A stretch of DNA of 63,955 bases, filler included, from Blastocystis sp. subtype 4 (Eukaryota): assembly GCF_000743755.1 (NCBI RefSeq). It is 5 parts of 5 records of this genome, joined end to end, with 100 filler letters (N's around TTAATTAATTAA, not from the genome) between each part and the next. Parts side by side here need not be neighbours in the genome. Positions count along the whole stretch, not along the records: positions 41,789 to 55,526 come from NW_014569268.1; positions 55,627 to 63,955 come from NW_014569173.1; 3 more parts are not named here. One strand, given 5' to 3'. Shown one piece after another: positions 52,112-63,955 of the stretch. Every line of letters starts with the position of its first letter. Within the stretch, counting starts at the first letter, position 1. The position numbers were made by a program, and so were the translations under genes. Under the pieces are notes generated by a model. It had not been told where the DNA came from, searched no databases, and worked only from the letters and a program-made list of their open reading frames with translations.

Positions 52112-52814
52112 CTATCTAAAAATCATTAAACTGAGAACAATTATGAAACACTTGGACTCAGAATTGCAGAACTGTTTCCTCACACTGCTAACAGCATAGG
52201 AAGCGATTTGACATCAGCGTCCAATTCTATCTACTACATTTACAAACCTAAATACAGTTAGACACATATCCGAGAATCTGAAATCGAACAAACACACAGC
52301 ATGTCCGTTCCCTCATCCCACACGTTTAGGAAGCAAAACAGCAATTCCACACAATAATTCGGAATACTGGCAAAAGCTTCCAACTACTTTCACTTCTACT
52401 CACCTTCTATCATCATGTCATTGATCTACACATTGTTACTACACTTCTAATGTCAAAACCACAGACAGATTGAAACACTAGCGAGTGCGTTATTAATCTA
52501 CTGATGGTCTCCTCTGAACAGGAAACAGTACTTCTGTTCAATGAGTTCCACCAGAACACGCAATCACAACTTCCAACCACAATTCTCCAAATACATACTG
52601 GCTGTATCTACAGCATATCACAGAAATAGTGATGTCTAATAAGAAAGAATGAATGAAATGGAGAATCAGGTGTAATGATCATTTTAAGATACTGAAACAC
52701 CATATGATGTGAAAGAATACAAAGAACAAAATAGGATTTCTTGGAATAGAGAACTTCAAACAAACAATAACATATAGAGAAGGAATTACCACATCCAAGG
52801 CATCTATGATACAT
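52112..52814 (-). CDS. Hypothetical protein (exon structure unresolved)
   Basis: Short exons and introns ending at TAG 52114-52112 with TGTTTGTT at 52104-52097. Confidence 0.3.
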
Positions 52815-52837
52815 AAAACCAGAAAGAAGTGGGATTC

Positions 52838-55154
52838 TCAATAGTAGTACTGGAAACCAAGCTTATTAGCAAATTCCGATCTATTCATTCACTTCCAGAA
52901 TCCATTAATACCCAAAATCAAGACATTTGCTCTTGTGTGCTTCAGTCACCAAAGTCTCTTCAGTACACTAATCATAACTCCTACATCTTGCACTCACATC
53001 CAGAACATGGGTCATCACACCATTCTGGAGAACCTTCTTATGTTGCTTGAGATACACACACTTCACAGAATCACAAATCACTAATGGAAGCAATTTCTGA
53101 TAGTAATAATCCTTCTCCAGCAGTTCTCCTAATTTGACATCTTCAGTACTGATTTCATCGTGTTGATGGATCTGATCAAAGCGAAGTCTCAGTTGATGAA
53201 TGATGAAACTGATATGGCTTCGAAGACAACTATCATGATAAGACAAGAAACGAAGATACGAAGTAGGTCGAATATACTCTTCATAGCAATACTGAGTGAA
53301 TGGAGTATTCTTGAGAACATGCTACACATCACCTTCATTCTATTCCCTCACAATCAATACTGAGTTCACATGATTGAAGATAAAGAGAGCATGATACTGA
53401 CGGATAACTCTACACATCAGTAGAACCAAATGATTCTACACATGAAGAATGTTCATATGAGGATAGATGAATGGTAAGGCATAAAGGAGATTCCAGAATA
53501 CCACGGGAATATCATGAATAATACCAAGATTCTCTTCATGTTGACCTAAATAAGATATCTCTGAGATACCATACAACTGAATCCCAATACAATGTAATAA
53601 ATGATTCGAAGCAGATGGACCGGACAAGTGCCTATTGTCATTTCACCATTCGGTCTTAGACTATTTACACGGTTAATATCTCCTAATTGGAAAGACTCAA
53701 TTAGATGAAATCGTTCTTCAAGTACTGAAACTAATTGACCTGGAGAAGGAAGATGACGATAGAGTTGCTTCAAGAGGAACATGACATAGATCGAGACTGT
53801 GTCATATAACTCAGGAGCAAATTGCAAGAATTCATTCTCCATCTAAAATGAAAATCTCTCTTCATAAGTACAAAATCATCAACCAATAGACCGAATCGAA
53901 TATAGTTGTCAGGAGCCACAGCAATCTCTGAAACAGAGATAAGATAGAGAATACGCTACAATACAAAAATATCATGAAATCTACTTCAATCAACTTCATT
54001 ACATAAGGATTAGGATGTGTTTTGATAAATGTGATTAGTCGATGAATCAAATCTTCATTCTTCAGTTCCTGTGAATTAGAATCACTTCTAATATTATACT
54101 CGAATCAAATGAAGATATTTCTCATTATAACTGTATTTATAGAGAGTATCCATCAGTAAATTACATAACAGATCTCGCACTTCATTGTCAGTCTTATCAT
54201 CACTATCATTCCATTCTCTTTCTATTCGTACGTTATCACAACAATAATTGTAGGTAAGATATGAATCTGATACAATAATCGAATATGCTTACGGAGAACA
54301 TTCACAGATATCTATCCATCAATCTTATCATTCATGCTGACATTGTAACAATCTGTTACATCTGTTGTCTTGTCATCTTCTTCATCTTCATCAACATGCA
54401 ACTTCTCCACTTCCAGATTCTCACGTTTCTCTGGATAACTCAACAGTAATACCAAAATGTCATAAACAGCTCGATTTGATTTCAACTGCATTATCATTGT
54501 ACAGATCTAGTTATCAATTCAACCCTCTTCTATCACATCATCTCCTCGAATGAAAGGAAACACTTCATCTGGAAGTTTGACAAGTAAATAACGCAAGAAT
54601 AAGCTCAGTTCATAGATATTCGCTGTATGAAAGCGGTTATTGTATATGAACACATGAAANNNNNNNNNNNNNNNNNNNNNNNATGACTTGTATTCGATGT
54701 GAGGAATTCCTGCAGTTGACTAGGACAACAACACCTACATCCACCTTTTCACATCGTTCATCCGTGAATTCTGATCCGTCTCCGATAGACTCATCCTTTC
54801 GAATATAGTCCTTGATAAGATACTCCAGGTAACGATTCAAGTGATTTCTCTAGAATTCATCCTATTAACATACACAAACCTCAAAAAGATAAGGAAGCAT
54901 ATTTTCATAAAGAACTGGGTTCTCTAGTTGAAAGATCCTGTTTACAACCGAAGTTTCATCATCACTCAACTATAAATCATCTCTTTCAGTCATTAATACT
55001 GTTAAATCAGGATTCTCTACAGATAAAGAGAGGGACTGATTCTCTTTCGGTTTCTACATCATCATATACTATTCTACACCAATACAGATTGATTTGAAGG
55101 GATATCCGAAGTCTTTCCCTCCGAATCTTCATGTACTCTCTTTTTATCGTCCAT
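52838..55154 (-). CDS. SAPS / PP6 regulatory subunit-like protein
   Basis: TIGTCPVHLLRII, LPFIYPHMNILH and RSHISFII resemble the SAPS motifs LG..RL.I, FFKY.WNNFLH and GHLT.IA. Ends DFGSEFANKLGF. Confidence 0.5.
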
Positions 55155-55216
55155 TTGATAAGTATTCTCAAAACAAGAATCCTGTACAAAGAGAAGGAAC
55201 CAAGAAAAAGAAAAGT

Positions 55217-55288
55217 TGAGGACAGGGTGATTCGAACACCCAACCTTTTGATCTGGAATCAAACGCGCTACCGTTGCGCCATGCCCTC
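55217..55288 (-). tRNA. tRNA-Trp(CCA)
   Basis: GAGGGCATGGCGCAACGGTAGCGCG-TTTGA-TT CCA GA-TCAAA..GTTCGAATC..GTCCTCA. Confidence 0.95.
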
Positions 55289-55473
55289 CTTCCAGTTGAT
55301 TTCTTTCCTCTCTGCTTTCAAAACCTGAAATGGATTATCAGTAACGCTTAAACTACGAATACCCACTCTTGATAACAACTGAATATCACAAACAATTCAA
55401 AAGACAAACCCAACCAATGGGAATCCGAACAAACATCAAAGAATCGTATTGTACACATATAAAGACATCAACT

Positions 55474-55526
55474 TCACTTCTCATTACGAATACGACGAGC
55501 GAGCTGCATATCACGAGGCATAATCG
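55474..55526 (-). CDS. Histone H3-family gene, 3' end only
   Basis: IMPRDMQLARRIRNEK-TGA, with TGTTTGTT at 55435-55428. Confidence 0.85.
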
Positions 55527-55626
55527 NNNNNNNNNNNNNNNNNNNNNNNNNNNNNNNNNNNNNNNNNNNNTTAATTAATTAANNNNNNNNNNNNNNNNNN
55601 NNNNNNNNNNNNNNNNNNNNNNNNNN
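55527..55626. other. Artificial contig spacer
   Basis: N44-TTAATTAATTAA-N44. Confidence 0.97.
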
Positions 55627-55746
55627 AATCCAACAATGGATTCGTTTGGAACTCACCGATCCACACAATGCTTTCCGATTATACACTACGGAGTGTTCTC
55701 CGAAGAGAATCAACTTCCCAGGAGCGCTAGTGTGAACACTCTTCAT
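55627..55746 (-). CDS. MVK: Mevalonate kinase N-terminus (truncated by gap)
   Basis: SAPGKLILFGEHSVVY is the MVK motif 1. Confidence 0.85.
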
Positions 55747-55804
55747 ATACACAAATCTGGGAATGATGCAACAAACAGACTCTAAATGAAACATACAAGT
55801 ATAT

Positions 55805-56622
55805 CTATTGAATCTTTATCTTTTTCCTTGATGATTCTTCTACAGACTCCTCCATAGGAAACGATGCTTTTACCTAGAGTAAAGTCTTATCACTATCTCT
55901 ACAGACTCAAAGAAAACACGAATTCGGCGTAGATTATCTTCAAACTTCTTGTTTCCATATTGAACGATATAATCCAGATATTCTTTAGAAACCAAAAGGT
56001 GGTTATCTTCAGCAAGAGGAAACTCTAGACTATTGGCAGTAGTACGAATTCCGAGAATTGTCCGTCGACCAAGGAGAATACCACTCTCTCGGAATCCAGC
56101 AGCAATAGCTAATGCCAACATCTCTTGTGCCTTTTCAGGGGAACGACACTGTACCTATTATTCAAAACCATTACAAAGGATTCACATGTAGCACAAATGG
56201 TTCTAATTTAAATATTGTAACACCTTTACAGTTAGGTAGTGAAGCCAAAGTTGCATCTAGTAATTCTTGAGGTTCAATACAACGATGTTCCACAAATAGC
56301 CATTTTCCACCTTTCTATGTATATAGAAAAAAGAATACTCTTACACTGACTTGCTGGTCTCGGGATTCATCATAATTGGCACAGAAAACAGCAAATCGTC
56401 CAGAGCATGAGGAAGTTGTACAAAAATCATGCATACGATTGATACTGGAGACAAGATCGACAATGGGTTCGTCAACAGATCCTTTCTTCGATTTATCCAA
56501 TTCTTTATGCAATTTTAACAATAGATTCCTTTTACAAACATCAAAGTCGATCGTTTGTTTTTTCCTAGAATGTACTCATATATCATTATTTACTCTTTGT
56601 GTTCAACTGTCTTGCCTTCCAT
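55805..56622 (-). CDS. TYW3: tRNA wybutosine methyltransferase TYW3
   Basis: DKSKKGSVDEPI, TTSSCSGR, KLEPFVLHVQC and AGFRESG..RT...LEFPL. Confidence 0.92.
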
Positions 56623-56683
56623 AGAAAATAAAGAGTGATTCTTATGAAACCATAAGAAAATGGAATTACAAAAAGAAACAGGA

Positions 56684-57364
56684 TTATATCAACTTCAATT
56701 ATAGTACATATGCAGCTACAGATGCCCAACTCTTATCATGAAGAACTGACACCAGCGATGATGGGTGCTGTCCAAGTATCTGATGGATTAGAGAAAAACA
56801 GACTTCAGCTTGAAGTCTCTCATCCTACCTATAACACCCAATACGGACCTTTACCTTTTCTGAAAAGGCAAGGAGTGGAATACCATGTGGTTTTGTAACC
56901 TCTGTAATCCTACTCAATGTAAATGTATGAACACCTGTCTGTTTCACTATCATTTCAGTCCCCAAACAACCCTTACTATTATTGACAACCATATACTCAT
57001 TCGAGGCAGAAAAATAAGACGAGAAAGCAGTGATAGCTTGATCTACAATTCGCCAAGAGCGCAGACTCTTCATATCCACAAAATAAATAACGAAATCATA
57101 TAACAGTCCATCAATTATTCCTTTAATGCCTCCGTCACTCAAATCCGTTAGATAACTACCCTATTATCCACAGATTCAATTTCCAACAACTCTATATTAT
57201 CAGATATATTCTGGGACAAGAGAGCAGGAAGAAGAGAATAGCGAGAGAGACAAAGATCACCAACGATCTACATTTCATCCCACTAGGGCATTGAGAACGA
57301 GAACTTTCCTTTTAGAGCATTTTGAATCCATATTCAATTCTACAACAGTATTCAAAGATGCCAT
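56684..57364 (-). CDS. Hypothetical protein
   Basis: Exon chain ending at TAA 56686-56684 with TGTTTCTT at the usual distance. Confidence 0.45.
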
Positions 57365-57861
57365 TCAAATTGAAGAGAAGTAATCTCTTGTCGTGAGTGA
57401 ATTCTAGAGACAATATTGACTTGAATACCTTCTTTGACTTAGAATTGATAAGGAGAGCAATTCTTGATAATCAATCATCCCAACACTAACCATCTCTAAT
57501 TGTCTAGGTATTTATAGTTATCAATTCCATTTACTACTGTTCTTTTGTGGTTATTATTTCTTTCATAACCTTTATTTCTTTGGACTGTATGTTTTGTGTC
57601 AGTGTTTCAAATACCTCCTTTTACTAGTCTATTACATATTACGTGTGTAGTAGATGTTTACAGGGGAGAAGATAGGAGTGTTCTGATAGCAATGAATCTT
57701 GTTATTTTCCGATCTCATTGTATGAATCTCACTTATATTGTAGATACTGTTTTGGTGAGTGTAGTCTCTTAGTTTATGTTTGTTACAGTTAAGTGATCCT
57801 TTTGATTTATAATCTGTGAGAAGAGAAACGTAACAATCTCCATTCTTACAATACAAACAAG

Positions 57862-59084
57862 TCATGCCTTTCTAAATAACTTCTGCGTTAGGAGCTGAAA
57901 AACAGGAATGAGACGTGCAGGAAATCCATTCGTTGCGATTAATTCCTTCACTCGTTGATTGGTTGTATCTTCATATGCACAAAACTTTTCATTCACATTA
58001 TATCGATTGAAGAGTTGTTTCACCGAAGCTACACATTGCGCATCCTTCTTGCCATACATTTGTTGCAAAAACGTTCGGTCTTCCTCTGAACATACAGACA
58101 ACACAGTTAGTATCACCCATGAACACTTGCCTTCTTGAATATCTGTTCCTTCCTATTTGTAACTAAACTTATCTACTCTTACTTTACCCAATACAGAAGG
58201 ATCAGCAAACACGTCTAAATAGTCATCCTTGATTTGGAAATATTGCCCTAAAACTGTACAAATCTCCTTTAGGAGTGGTGACTGAAGTGTCGATATGTCA
58301 CAATCACACAGTACTAGTCCCAAATAGATTGGGAGGAAGATTGTGTAGTAAGCTGTTTTGTTTGTGATGATCTCCATGTAATACTCTGAGTTGAAGAATC
58401 TAGTTGTGAAGGGATAGACTCATATCCACTTGTAGTTCAATTTGCGTGTTTCTTGATCAACTGTATTCAGATCAAGCATCTGACCAATCTCAGTTCGGAA
58501 CTTAATTTGTTCAAAAACCGAAATTACTGCAAAGCAGCGCTGCGGATCCGTGATTACTTTGTGTAACAGACGGAACATGAGACTCTGCAGAAGGAATGTA
58601 TCATTGATACTTGTCATTCCGATCTAATTCGCTATCATTCGTCACATTCAGCCTACCTTCTTAACTTTATACCAAGCCGGTTTTCCACGTCGACTCTCTG
58701 CTTCATCCATTATGTCATCCGCAACGAGAAACGATCCTTGGAGGAATTCTGCACACCATCCAACAACAAAGGCCCTTAAGATTACATCTGCCCTTCATTG
58801 TCTACTGCCGTTTTATTATCTCAGTCCACTCTGGCGATAATGCATAAGCAGTATAAACAGCAAATAGTCCTCGAACCATCTTCCCTCCCAATACGTTGTA
58901 TCGGATCATTTCAATAATGTTATCTTTCAGTTCAGAGGGTATTGAAAACTCTTCATCCAATACTTCTCGGATATCCAATAATAGAGGATTGATGTACGCG
59001 ACAAATTCTATCCATTATTCAGACAGCAGAAAGGCAACCCTTCCGGATACTTTGCAGATTCGAATCAGAAAAGTCTTGAACCAT
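57862..59084 (-). CDS. FDPS: Farnesyl diphosphate synthase
   Basis: GGKMVRG, FARM SFLVADDIMD..RRGKPAWY, TEIGQMLD, KTAYY and SARM YFQIKDDYLD. Confidence 0.95.
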
Positions 59085-59142
59085 TAGATAATTATGAACA
59101 AACACGCGATCATAGATACACAATATAACAGACAGCTATCCC

Positions 59143-61791
59143 TTAGTGTTTGAACGCAGTTTCAGTCCACTCCTTATAGTCGCACATACCATTAGCATCA
59201 GCGGGCATACTCTCCTTAAGATAAGGATAACTCTTACAATCATGGAAGAATTTATCAACATCTGCCTCTGGAATAACATCCTTGTTCTTTGCCAAATACT
59301 TCCATGAGTTCTGAATATCTTCCTTATTGTTCTTCGTAGCCTTGAGCTCCAGAAGGAAGCGCTTGAAATCTGGCAACCCAAGTCGAAGACCAGGACCTAC
59401 TTCATATCCCATCGCCTGGAGCTTGGTCATAATATCATTGAGAGACATATTGATACCCATAGCCTGAAGAGCTTCATGGAGCTGCTCCACAGTAAGACCA
59501 GAACCGTCTGTATTGAGAGTGTTGAAAACACGCTCAGATAAAGTCTCCTCTTCAGGAGACAACGACTCTTGCTTCTTGCGTTCTTCGTCATCACGTAGCT
59601 TCGCTTCCTTTCGATCCAAATGCTTTCCATATTGTGTCCAAATGCTGTTAATTGGACCAAACGACTCGGTTCCTGTACCAATGTCACGACATTGATTCTC
59701 CTTTTCCTTCATACGCTGATAACATTCAGGAGGACGGGCATAATCTCTCTTCTTCTTCTGAATCTCTTCCAGTTGGGCAGCAGGAGGCAATTCCTTCTTT
59801 GCACGCAGGTCATCAGTATTATCCTGGACATAACTTTGAACCTCATTAGCCAATTCATCGTATTCCTTCAGAGCAGCATTACACTCTTCTGTGTGTCTGT
59901 TGATCTCATCCAACTCATCCTCACGAGAAGACAATGCACCCTCCAAAGCATGAATACGATCCTCAATCGGCTTCACGGGATGACGCTTCACTTCCTCATC
60001 TTTGCCTTCATTCTGCAGCGTAGCCTGCTTCTCCTTCAAATCCTTCACACGATCCTTCACCTTCTCCAGCTCATTTCGAGCTTCAGCAGCATTCGAGGAA
60101 GCCTCTGCAGTTCCGAAAGGATCATCCGTCTTACTGTTACCAAGGATCAACTCCACATGATCTAATTGCTCGCTTATCTTATCCACCTCTTTCACCATAT
60201 CTCGTTCCAGACGCTCCAATTCTTGTTGCTTCTCCAAATTGGCCAACAGCTTATCACGGTATTCCCTCTTCTTCTCATCCCAGTCCTCCTGTGTTCGCTC
60301 TACATTCTCGACCATATCAACAGCCTCAGTATACTCCGAACAATCCTTCGGGAACTCCACCAACAACTGATGCAGTTCCTTCACCTCCTTATCTGTATCC
60401 TCATCTTCAGCCTCCAGATCATCCAATTCACTGAGCTTCTGCTGACACTCTGTTACAGACTTTCCCAGATCCGAATCGTTGATCTTCTCAATGTTATTAA
60501 GAAGACGATCATTCAAACGCTGACACTTGCGGTCCAACTGGTTCATCAATTGCTCAATGGCCAGATAATACTTGAACTTCTTCAACAGACGCTCCTCATA
60601 ATCATTCTCAGCTTCCTCCACATCACGATACTTCTGAGAGATTTCATTAGGACCCAATCCTTCTGAAGGAATGTACATAGGACGATTCTCAGCACGCTCA
60701 CTCTCATGGATATCCTCCAACATGCCTTCCAGATCCGTTTTCTTACTCTTGATATCTGCCTTCTCTTCTTTCTTATACAACTCTAACTCCTTGATCAATT
60801 TACGACACTCCTTTCCACTATCTATCAGTCTACCTCCTTACTCTTACTCTTTAGGCTCTGTGTTCTTGAAATACTCCTCCTTCTCCTCAAGAAGCTTAAC
60901 ATAGGCCTTTGCTTCTCTCTCATACTACCAATGATTACAATTACCCATTCCTACCTTGATGATCAGACTACCATGCTTCATAGCCAATTGTGCCACCTTA
61001 TCGATGGCCTGAATGTGACGACGAGACTCATCATCACTAGCAACGGCATTGAAGATTGTGGACACATATGTTAACACCGACTTGTCATCAATCTCTTCAT
61101 TGTGGAAATCCTCTGGATCCAGAAGTCGAGCTACTTTCAGATCCTCTTCAATCTTCTCATAAGCAGTTACATGACGCTGATCCTGATCCATAGCCTCTGC
61201 CTCATTGAAATCATATCCCTGACAAAGAGCAGCCGCCAGTGCAGCAAATGCTTTACCATTTCGCCAGCTCTCCTGGAAATCGGACACGTGCTCTCCATAC
61301 GGTTCGATTTGTCGATTCACCCAGAGAAGTAAACCATGCTTTCCCTTCAATCCATCGACTTCAATGTTATCAATTTGTACTGTGAGAATGATTTGGAAAA
61401 TCAGGGCTAACGTCAGTTTATGTACACCATTAAATATATCTTGAGGTCCAATGTTCACCATCTTAATTCCTTTCTTCTTAATCAGGTAGTCGAAACATGG
61501 CTTAAGATTCTCGTTGGCTTGAAAAGCAAATTTAGGATTCTTAGTCACACGACTACATCATAAATAGGACACCATAAAGATCCTACGCAACAATAGGTTC
61601 CTTGAAGAGAACCTGAAGCAAGGTGACAAGATTCTCTCCACTACTGAAGTCGCTGTAAAGATCCTGAATCACAACACCTACAGGCGCTGTTTGCTGGTTG
61701 ACCCATTTAGTGAAGGTCTTCTTCTGTACTTGAATCCACTGTGCTTCTTCTTCTACGGATAAACTCCTTATGCATTTCAATTCTTACCCAT
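59143..61791 (-). CDS. Alpha-actinin-like protein (two CH domains, spectrin-like rod, EF-hand C-terminus)
   Basis: QKKTFTKWVN, MVNIGPQDIFNG..LTLALIFQII, LLLWV..DF.ESWRNGKAF, LLDPED..DDKSVLTYV, and degenerate EF hands. Confidence 0.9.
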
Positions 61792-62198
61792 TATTGTATC
61801 ACCTTTGTATTAACAAAAACAAAAATGTTCTATGAATGCATCAACTCACTGGAACAAACGTTTAGTGGTTCTCTTGATAATCAAATATCAAGTGATATAA
61901 TTGATTCTAAATCCCTTTATTTGGAATACTCAGCTAAAACTATCAGGTTGTAGGATACGACTCGAATACCTGTTGACCACAGAATTATGGAGGGACTTAA
62001 TGGATAATCATCTTTGGTGAAACGATAGGAAAACAATCAAATAGGCTACTTTATTCTTCAGAGTAGTGAGCATCAATATTAGAGATACAATAAAGGATAT
62101 GTCGTCTTTTGAGTCATATTCATGAGACCACAGAAAGTGGTAGAGTATTAAACAGACTTCAAACAAAGCCTTTCCGGTGTATCATATTACAATTGATC

Positions 62199-63796
62199 AT
62201 GATCCTCTCTGAGGACCAACTCTTGGAACTACGAAACCGATTGAAGGTGAAAACGATTCCCAAATGGAAGAGTCTTCCAGGGATGGAGAATCAGATTTTC
62301 GCGATCAAAGCACTCTTATCGGATGTATTCATTCGGAAACGAAATGAAGCGTCATCATAGTATCTTTTCCTTATATGTAGGGTTCTTCTGTTAGGTCCTG
62401 GAGGATGTAACAAACATCTATTACTAGATTATTGTCTGGACAGTTTATATCAAGAAAATATACTAAAGGAACACAGTAATTTTGTACTAGGAGATTGATG
62501 GGCAGATGTGTTTGATCCCAAGGAGTATATTATGATTCGACTCGATGGGGATTTTATAGAGAGTGATGATGATGCGTTTCGAATCATTGCTCGTCATTTA
62601 ACTTCTCCTTTGATGCGACGTATTTGTTTCCATTGATTGCAAAAATAGATAAACGATTCAAGAATGCACAGTTTAAGAATATGGAATTCTTAGAAATTGT
62701 TCTTCAAGAGGCGCAAATCTGCAATGTTCCTTTAGTTTTTGTATTGAATCATTTTTCTGCCTTCTGCCATTTATCGAAACAGACTCTACTATATACTCTT
62801 CTTGATATGTGTAGTAACAAACGAGTTCAGATGTGTGTGATTGGCATTGATCGAGACTGCTCTGTGACTGAGCAGCTGGAGAAGCGTATTCAGAGCCGAT
62901 TTTCGCAGAAGCAAATCATTGTGACATATCCTTCGGTCGCTGATTTCATTCAGTTTACTTCTTCTACACTGTTTTTGACTGGAAAAGATTCTCGTACACG
63001 AAAGTGGAATAGTATGGTGAAGATGGTTGTTCTGGATAAGGACTTTTCTCGCTTAATTGAGGAGCAGTCGGCTCTTATTCCTATTTCTTATAATATCCTT
63101 TCATTTGAATTAGTTGGATCCTTCATTTTCAGATGAAATGCGGCGAATTCTTTATTATGCGTTATCTCGTCTTCCTGATAACAGTAATGGAATTACTATT
63201 TCCTTCTGGAAGGAGTGTTTTGAAGAGATTCTTCTTCAGAACACTATCAATAAAAATGTGGTGTTATCCTGTAACCACACAGATTATCTTTAATCTAGAT
63301 TTGGGTGTCAGTGATATGGCCTTATTGATTGCAGCTAAACACTTTGTACAACGTAGAATCATCAATTTCTGTTTCATGGACCTTTTAGACTCTTATAATA
63401 AGTTGTTGATGTTGTCTCTTGTTAATCTAGATGGACTACTTCTGCTCATAACTTTCAACTAACTAGTATGAGTGAAGGAAGAGCATGGCAAGTACAGATT
63501 TGATAGTTTTTGTCTCTTAGAGTTTTCAACTACTGTTACAATATCAAATATTGAAGTATGTTACATCTACTACAACAGTTTCGGGAAGAAACTCCAAGAA
63601 CGAATCAACCAAACGGTCATCTCAGGCAGTTCTACGAAGTGGAACGGAGAAAAATATGCCTGTTGTGCTTTCTATTCCAGTAGGAGAAAGTGCTGTTGTT
63701 GATTTGTAGCCAGATGAAATTGACCGTATCATTCAGAAAGGGGATCTTAAGTGTCCTACAGCATTAGAGAACTGGGCATTGAAGTGGCATGAGTAG
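62199..63796 (+). CDS. ORC4: Origin recognition complex subunit 4
   Basis: VLLLGP, IRLDG..DD.AF..IA, KQTLLYTLLD, LEKRIQSRFS and a C-terminal CPTALENW. Contains an AT-AG U12-type intron. Confidence 0.9.
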
Positions 63797-63955
63797 TTTT
63801 TGGTTTGTTACAGTAAAGAAACCACGGTTCTACCACTCTGTTGGCGGAAACGATAATAATCACATTTCAAATCGTTCTAACTTTCTGATGGCTCTTGTTT
63901 TACCTGCCGCAGAATATACACGTCTTCCAAAATACGATTCTGATGAAGGTGCGAT

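Noticed and set aside
59620..60666. Two long plus-strand Leu/Ile-rich ORFs
   Set aside because: They are antisense shadows of the alpha-actinin rod.

Overview
This is compact, AT-rich eukaryotic nuclear DNA, almost certainly Blastocystis sp. (an anaerobic gut stramenopile). The identification rests on three things seen in the sequence: nearly all introns are about 30 nt, intergenic spacers are often under 100 nt, and most genes are followed by the 3'-end motif TGTTTGTT. The window is five contigs joined by artificial 100-nt spacers (N44-TTAATTAATTAA-N44) in decreasing length order, so adjacency across spacers has no biological meaning. It holds about 40 protein genes or gene fragments, mostly housekeeping, plus 5 tRNAs. 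The notable signals are in RNA processing and gene structure. (i) At least six genes lack a usable genomic stop codon and are predicted to gain it by polyadenylation, including a convergent pair whose signals sit back to back. (ii) Two very short U12-type introns have AT-AG ends (PNO1, ORC4), and RPC2 has a 30-nt AT-AG intron with no U12 signals. (iii) The CysRS anticodon-domain helical hairpin is tandemly amplified five times as a 183-nt exon+intron unit. (iv) A G34 tRNA-Val(GAC) lies on the same contig as an A34 tRNA-Leu. Unusual proteins include a methyltransferase-PPR fusion, a bHLH-PAS factor, CSB with a UBZ-like finger, an Mrr-like RRG7/DUF2034 protein and an ORC4 with degenerate Walker motifs. 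All gene models were spliced by eye, and CDS coordinates span introns.
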